DNA of 39,066 nucleotides from Candidatus Heimdallarchaeota archaeon (GTDB lineage: Archaea > Asgardarchaeota > Heimdallarchaeia > Heimdallarchaeales > Heimdallarchaeaceae), in the NCBI GenBank assembly GCA_016839945.1, contig JAEOTE010000159.1, positions 1 through 39,066 on the forward strand, in the 5' to 3' direction. The translations under genes and the position numbers were made by a program. The notes below the pieces were generated by a model. It did not search any database. It saw only the letters and a program-made list of their open reading frames with translations, and was not told the DNA's origin. Below are positions 35,040 through 39,066 of the stretch, one piece after another. Every line of letters starts with the position of its first letter. Positions within the stretch are counted from its first letter, which is position 1.

Positions 35040-36077
35040 ATGGGCGTTAAAAAAATAAGTGATTTGTTTAAAGGAACCCCCATAAATTTAGACCAGCTAA
35101 GACAAAAGAAATTAGCTGTAGATGCGTATAATATAATATATCAATTTCTTGCTTCAATAAGGGGTGTTGACGGTAGTCCACTATCTGATACTGAGGGAAC
35201 AATCACTAGTCATCTGTCTGGTTTATTATATCGAAATGCAAGACTCCTTGAAAAAGGAATACAGTTAGTATATGTCTTTGATGGAAAACCTTCGGAGTTG
35301 AAAAGAGAGGAGATTAAGCGAAGAGCAGAAATAAAAAGAAAAGCTAGAGAGGAACTAGAAGAAGCTCTTGAACGTGGTGATTTAGCAAGAGCTCGAGTTG
35401 TTGCTCAAAGGACAAGTGTTCTAACAAGTTCAATGGTTGAAGACAGTAAGAAGTTACTAAATTTATTAGGTATTCCTGTTGTTGAAGCTCCACAAGAAGG
35501 TGAAGCTCAAGCTGCATATCTAGTAAATCAAAAGAAAGTTTGGGGTGTTGCATCTCAAGATTATGACAGTCTTCTATTCGGTTCCCATGTTTTAATAAGA
35601 AATTTAACACTTTCAGGACGTAGAAGACTTCCTCGAACTAATACATACATAACTGTGAATGTAGAAGAATTCCATCAGAATGAATTATTAAGAATCCTAG
35701 AAATCACAAGGGAACAACTAGTAGATATGTCTATTCTAATTGGTACAGATTTCAATCCAGATGGTGTAAAAGGCATAGGTCCAAAAACAGCATATAAGTT
35801 AATAAGAAAACATGGAAACCTGGAGACAACAATTGAAAAAGAAGATAAAGTGTCACTTGATTTAGATATTAATGAAGTGCGAGACATTTTCCTAAATCCA
35901 GTAACCACTGATGATTATAACATCTCATTTAAAACGATTGATGTTGAAGGAGCTGTTCAATTCCTCTGCGAAGAAAGAGGTTTCAGTAAAGAAAGAGTTA
36001 GAAGCACTTTAGAAAAAGCTAAGAAAGGTCAAGATGCAACTTTAAGACAAAAGAGTCTTGATTCTTTTTTTAATTGA
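35040..36077 (+). CDS. fen: Flap endonuclease 1
   Basis: MGV start, VDAYNIIYQFLASIR, TSHLSGL, VFDG, APQEGEAQAA, SQDYD, GTDFN, GIGPKTA, C-terminal PIP box QKSLDSFF. Confidence 0.97.
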   Translation: MGVKKISDLFKGTPINLDQLRQKKLAVDAYNIIYQFLASIRGVDGSPLSDTEGTITSHLSGLLYRNARLLEKGIQLVYVFDGKPSELKREEIKRRAEIKRKAREELEEALERGDLARARVVAQRTSVLTSSMVEDSKKLLNLLGIPVVEAPQEGEAQAAYLVNQKKVWGVASQDYDSLLFGSHVLIRNLTLSGRRRLPRTNTYITVNVEEFHQNELLRILEITREQLVDMSILIGTDFNPDGVKGIGPKTAYKLIRKHGNLETTIEKEDKVSLDLDINEVRDIFLNPVTTDDYNISFKTIDVEGAVQFLCEERGFSKERVRSTLEKAKKGQDATLRQKSLDSFFN

Positions 36078-36085
36078 GGATTCAA

Positions 36086-37330
36086 ATGACAACACAATTT
36101 AACACATTCATTCAACTAGGTTCAAATAGAAATCTCTCGAAATTTGAGCTCTCTTGTATTTTAGAAAAATTGAATGTAGATGAAGTTAACTTCATGGAAT
36201 GGAGACATTATGTTTTTCTATCCCTTGATTCATCAGAACAAAAATCTTTTTTCAAAACTCTTGACTTCTCTGGAAGCATTGTTAAAGCAGGCACTCTTAG
36301 TTTTAGCGTAAAAAAATCTGATGAAACTCTCTGGAAGGATATTTTTCTAGACTCTTTCACTAGGAAACTGGATGAAGCCTCTATTCCAATGAATAAAAAA
36401 CTAAAATTCTCGATTAATATACAAAGTCGATCTTTAGACTTCAAGAAGAAGATTAGTAATAATATAAGAAGAAAATTAAATCGGTATTTTAGAGAAAGAA
36501 AAACACAAGTCAAAATATTACCAACTAAAAAAATTTCAGCTGATTTAACACCTTTTCAGTTTTATAAAGAAAATATGTTAAAGCGAGGTTTGGAGATTTT
36601 TTGCTTTGATATAAAATCTAAGATGTTTTTTGGTTTCACTTCTTGGGTTACTAATCCCTTTAAGGATATAAAACAAGATGAAGAGAGACCAGAGAGATTT
36701 TTCACTCATGGTACTTCAATCAAACTCTCAAGAACTTTAGTTAATCTTTCACAAACTCCAAAAGATGGAATAATGCTTGATCCTTTCTGTGGAACAGGAA
36801 CAATACTCATTGAAGGCTTAAAACAGGAAGTGAAAGTGATAGGAATAGATAAAGATCCTAAATGTGTTAGAGCAACCAAAGCCAATCTAAACCATTTTTC
36901 AGAACAATTTCATTCACGTGAAAAAATGAAAGAGAAGTGGTCAGTATACATGAAAGATTCCAGATATGTTAAAGATACGATAGAAGAAGAAGTAGATAGT
37001 ATCGTAACAGAACCTTATCTAGGGCCCTTCTTGAAAAAATTACCCAAAATTGATGAAGCAAAAGAAATCATGATAGATTTAGAAAAGTTGTATGTTAAGG
37101 TTTTGAATGAATGTGTAAAGCTACTAAAAACCGGTGGAAAAATAATATTCATAATTCCAGAATATAAATATCCCTCAAATCTTCAAATTTCCCCTGATAT
37201 ATCTTCCATTGCAAACAAAACTAAACTTTGGCTTACTGAAAAAAGCAAGTTTTTTAGTTTAGACTTACCAATTGAAATTGGGAGAAAACACAACATAATC
37301 AACAGAAAGCTTATAGTTCTAACCAAATAA
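36086..37330 (+). CDS. Trm11/TrmG10-like SAM-dependent (RNA) methyltransferase
   Basis: KLSRTLVNLS, LDPFCGTGTILIE, GID, motif IV variant VTEPYLGP, THUMP-like N-terminal region. Confidence 0.8.
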   Translation: MTTQFNTFIQLGSNRNLSKFELSCILEKLNVDEVNFMEWRHYVFLSLDSSEQKSFFKTLDFSGSIVKAGTLSFSVKKSDETLWKDIFLDSFTRKLDEASIPMNKKLKFSINIQSRSLDFKKKISNNIRRKLNRYFRERKTQVKILPTKKISADLTPFQFYKENMLKRGLEIFCFDIKSKMFFGFTSWVTNPFKDIKQDEERPERFFTHGTSIKLSRTLVNLSQTPKDGIMLDPFCGTGTILIEGLKQEVKVIGIDKDPKCVRATKANLNHFSEQFHSREKMKEKWSVYMKDSRYVKDTIEEEVDSIVTEPYLGPFLKKLPKIDEAKEIMIDLEKLYVKVLNECVKLLKTGGKIIFIIPEYKYPSNLQISPDISSIANKTKLWLTEKSKFFSLDLPIEIGRKHNIINRKLIVLTK

Positions 37331-37346
37331 AAAAAGAATAAATTCT

Positions 37347-37613
37347 TTAATCTTCTCCGACAGCTAAGAATCCCATATCTTGTGTCATTTTATGGATTCT
37401 TCTTTTCGTTTTTGATATCCAGCTTACGTGAACTAATCCTTGGTTCTCTAGAGTCATCAAAGCTTTGTTTAACTCTGAATCAGAATAATCTCCATACATG
37501 TCTTTTAATGAATTATCTAAATCATTTTCAAGAATTACTCCTCCTCTTTTATCCAAAATAGCAAGAATACAGGATTTCAAGGGAGTAACCTTCCACATCT
37601 CGTCAGAAGTCAT
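37347..37613 (-). CDS. Small winged-helix protein
   Basis: ILAILDKRGG..DL..SELNKALMTLENQGLVHVS wHTH pattern; ATG 37613 preferred. Confidence 0.7.
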   Translation of the reverse strand: MTSDEMWKVTPLKSCILAILDKRGGVILENDLDNSLKDMYGDYSDSELNKALMTLENQGLVHVSWISKTKRRIHKMTQDMGFLAVGED

Positions 37614-37729
37614 TATACAGTAATATACTGTTAAGTTTAAATGCATTATGATTGAGAGAAAAACCAATTACAAAGTAACCTCTTAAAGTAAAACTTTTAA
37701 TAAGTAATTTTTTGAAGTCTTCAATCATC

Positions 37730-37915
37730 ATGAATACGCGAGAAAGAATATACCTGACATTTTTTCTATCGATAGGCATTATTTTGCTTTTAATAGCAAT
37801 TGTTCAGTTACAAGCTTTTTACTATGGTCAGATTAGCAATCTTTTACTTAATACCGATATTCGCAATTTCTTAACACCTTATTTAGCAGGATTTCCAACA
37901 CCCTTTGGTGGATAA
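37730..37915 (+). CDS. Small single-TM membrane protein
   Basis: Hydrophobic stretch IYLTFFLSIGIILLLIAIV; ends 19 nt before the Fe-S membrane protein. Confidence 0.55.
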   Translation: MNTRERIYLTFFLSIGIILLLIAIVQLQAFYYGQISNLLLNTDIRNFLTPYLAGFPTPFGG

Positions 37916-37934
37916 TTAGGAACAGTGATAGAAA

Positions 37935-38867
37935 ATGGCAACAAAGCAAATAAAAAACAAACTTACTGTAGCTTTAAGACCAATAAGTAATCATCGAATA
38001 AGGATAATTAGACTTATTGTTCAATTCATTATGTTTGGTCTTATTAATGGATTAGTTTTTGGTTTATCCAGATCAGCTGTTCTTCTTCCAATTGAATATC
38101 CAACAGGAGGTCAATTTACAACAGTTTGGAATGCTTTTGAAGCTTTACAGTATGCCATAACCTTCTGGGTTTTTCCATACTTAGCAATATCTATCTTCGT
38201 TCTATTTGGAACAATATTCGGCAAAACCTCTTGTGGTTGGATGTGTCCATTTGGATTATTTCAGGATTTGTTTAGCTACATCCCAATAAAGAAGAAAAAA
38301 GTTTCAAGACCTACAAATAAAAGTTTGAGTAGAATAGGATTAACTTTAGTAATTTTTATTATTATTTTCTCGTTCATAATAGGTATTACTTATAGCCGAA
38401 ACCCAACTGAAGCACAAAAAGCAGCATTTGGAGCTGGTAAAGATATGCCTTATAGTGTAGTTGATCCAGTAGCAACCCTATTTGCTACACTGTATTATTA
38501 TTTAAGGTGGGGAATGCAACGAGAATCTTTAGGAGCAGAAATTGGGGATTGGAGATTTATTTTCTTCCTTCGATTATTCATCTTAATTGCAGTATTAATA
38601 CTAATAACACTATATCCTCGAGCATATTGCAGGTGGATCTGTCCAAGTGGTGCAATATTGGGAATATTCAGTAAATACAGTTTGTTTGGAATGAGAATCA
38701 ACAAAAACCGGTGTGTTAGTGGATGTAATGATTGTGAACAAGCATGTCCAGTTCAAGTTCCTATCCTCACATTTGATAAAGATATTACGAATAAAATGTG
38801 TACGAACTGTGGGGAATGCATTGATGCTTGCAAAGAAGGAGCACTAAAACTTACGTTTAGGTTCTAG
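37935..38867 (+). CDS. NapH/MauN-type membrane 4Fe-4S binding protein
   Basis: TM helices, two CxxxCP motifs (CGWMCPFG, CRWICPSG), C-terminal ferredoxin CVSGCNDCEQACP and CTNCGECIDAC. Confidence 0.9.
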   Translation: MATKQIKNKLTVALRPISNHRIRIIRLIVQFIMFGLINGLVFGLSRSAVLLPIEYPTGGQFTTVWNAFEALQYAITFWVFPYLAISIFVLFGTIFGKTSCGWMCPFGLFQDLFSYIPIKKKKVSRPTNKSLSRIGLTLVIFIIIFSFIIGITYSRNPTEAQKAAFGAGKDMPYSVVDPVATLFATLYYYLRWGMQRESLGAEIGDWRFIFFLRLFILIAVLILITLYPRAYCRWICPSGAILGIFSKYSLFGMRINKNRCVSGCNDCEQACPVQVPILTFDKDITNKMCTNCGECIDACKEGALKLTFRF

Positions 38868-39066
38868 TGTTACCTTATTTCTTTCCTATTTTTTTCCTAA
38901 TTTTTTGCGATTAAATTATTTCAAAGTTTCTGACATTAAATACTCAATTCTAATAGAGAATATTAGAAAGGAAAGTTATTTTTCCTTGTACATGTAAAGC
39001 TTGAGTAATTGTTATAATACAAAATCTACAATCCTCACAAATTTAAAGATGTAGTAGTATCTAAAA

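Noticed and set aside
598-38704. Numerous short antisense or alternate-frame ORFs in the track (e.g. 598-828, 1258-1599, 4169-4360, 7378-7605, 16454-16753, 34502-34810, 36208-36513)
   Set aside because: They lie within or opposite well-supported genes and have no motifs; treated as shadow ORFs.
1-39066. CRISPR arrays, IS elements, rRNA, prophage or defence islands
   Set aside because: No regularly spaced repeats, transposase/integrase motifs or long GC-rich structured RNA seen by eye.

Overview
AT-rich, gene-dense archaeal chromosome segment with no mobile element, CRISPR array or rRNA. The housekeeping genes are archaeal: EF-1beta, FEN1 with PIP box, archaeosine ArcS/RaSEA, Trm5, CTP-dependent riboflavin kinase, RibL, geranylgeranyl reductase, GGPP synthase, GPN GTPase and translin. 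They are interleaved with several eukaryote-like proteins: two stand-alone roadblock proteins (one resembling dynein light chain DYNLRB, in an operon with an MglA-type GTPase), two multi-domain longin/roadblock proteins, a tandem V4R/TRAPP-Bet3-like protein and an adjacent C2-domain-like protein. This combination points to an Asgard archaeon, plausibly Heimdallarchaeia (inference, no search run). Two tRNA-Lys genes (UUU; CUU with a 30-nt intron) share an identical 20-bp BRE-TATA promoter. The best candidate for an undescribed system is the co-oriented TRAPP/V4R + C2 pair (5575-7263), alongside the dispersed longin/roadblock/GTPase set and an orphan GAF-GAF-PAS pseudo-histidine kinase. All family calls come from motif recognition by eye.
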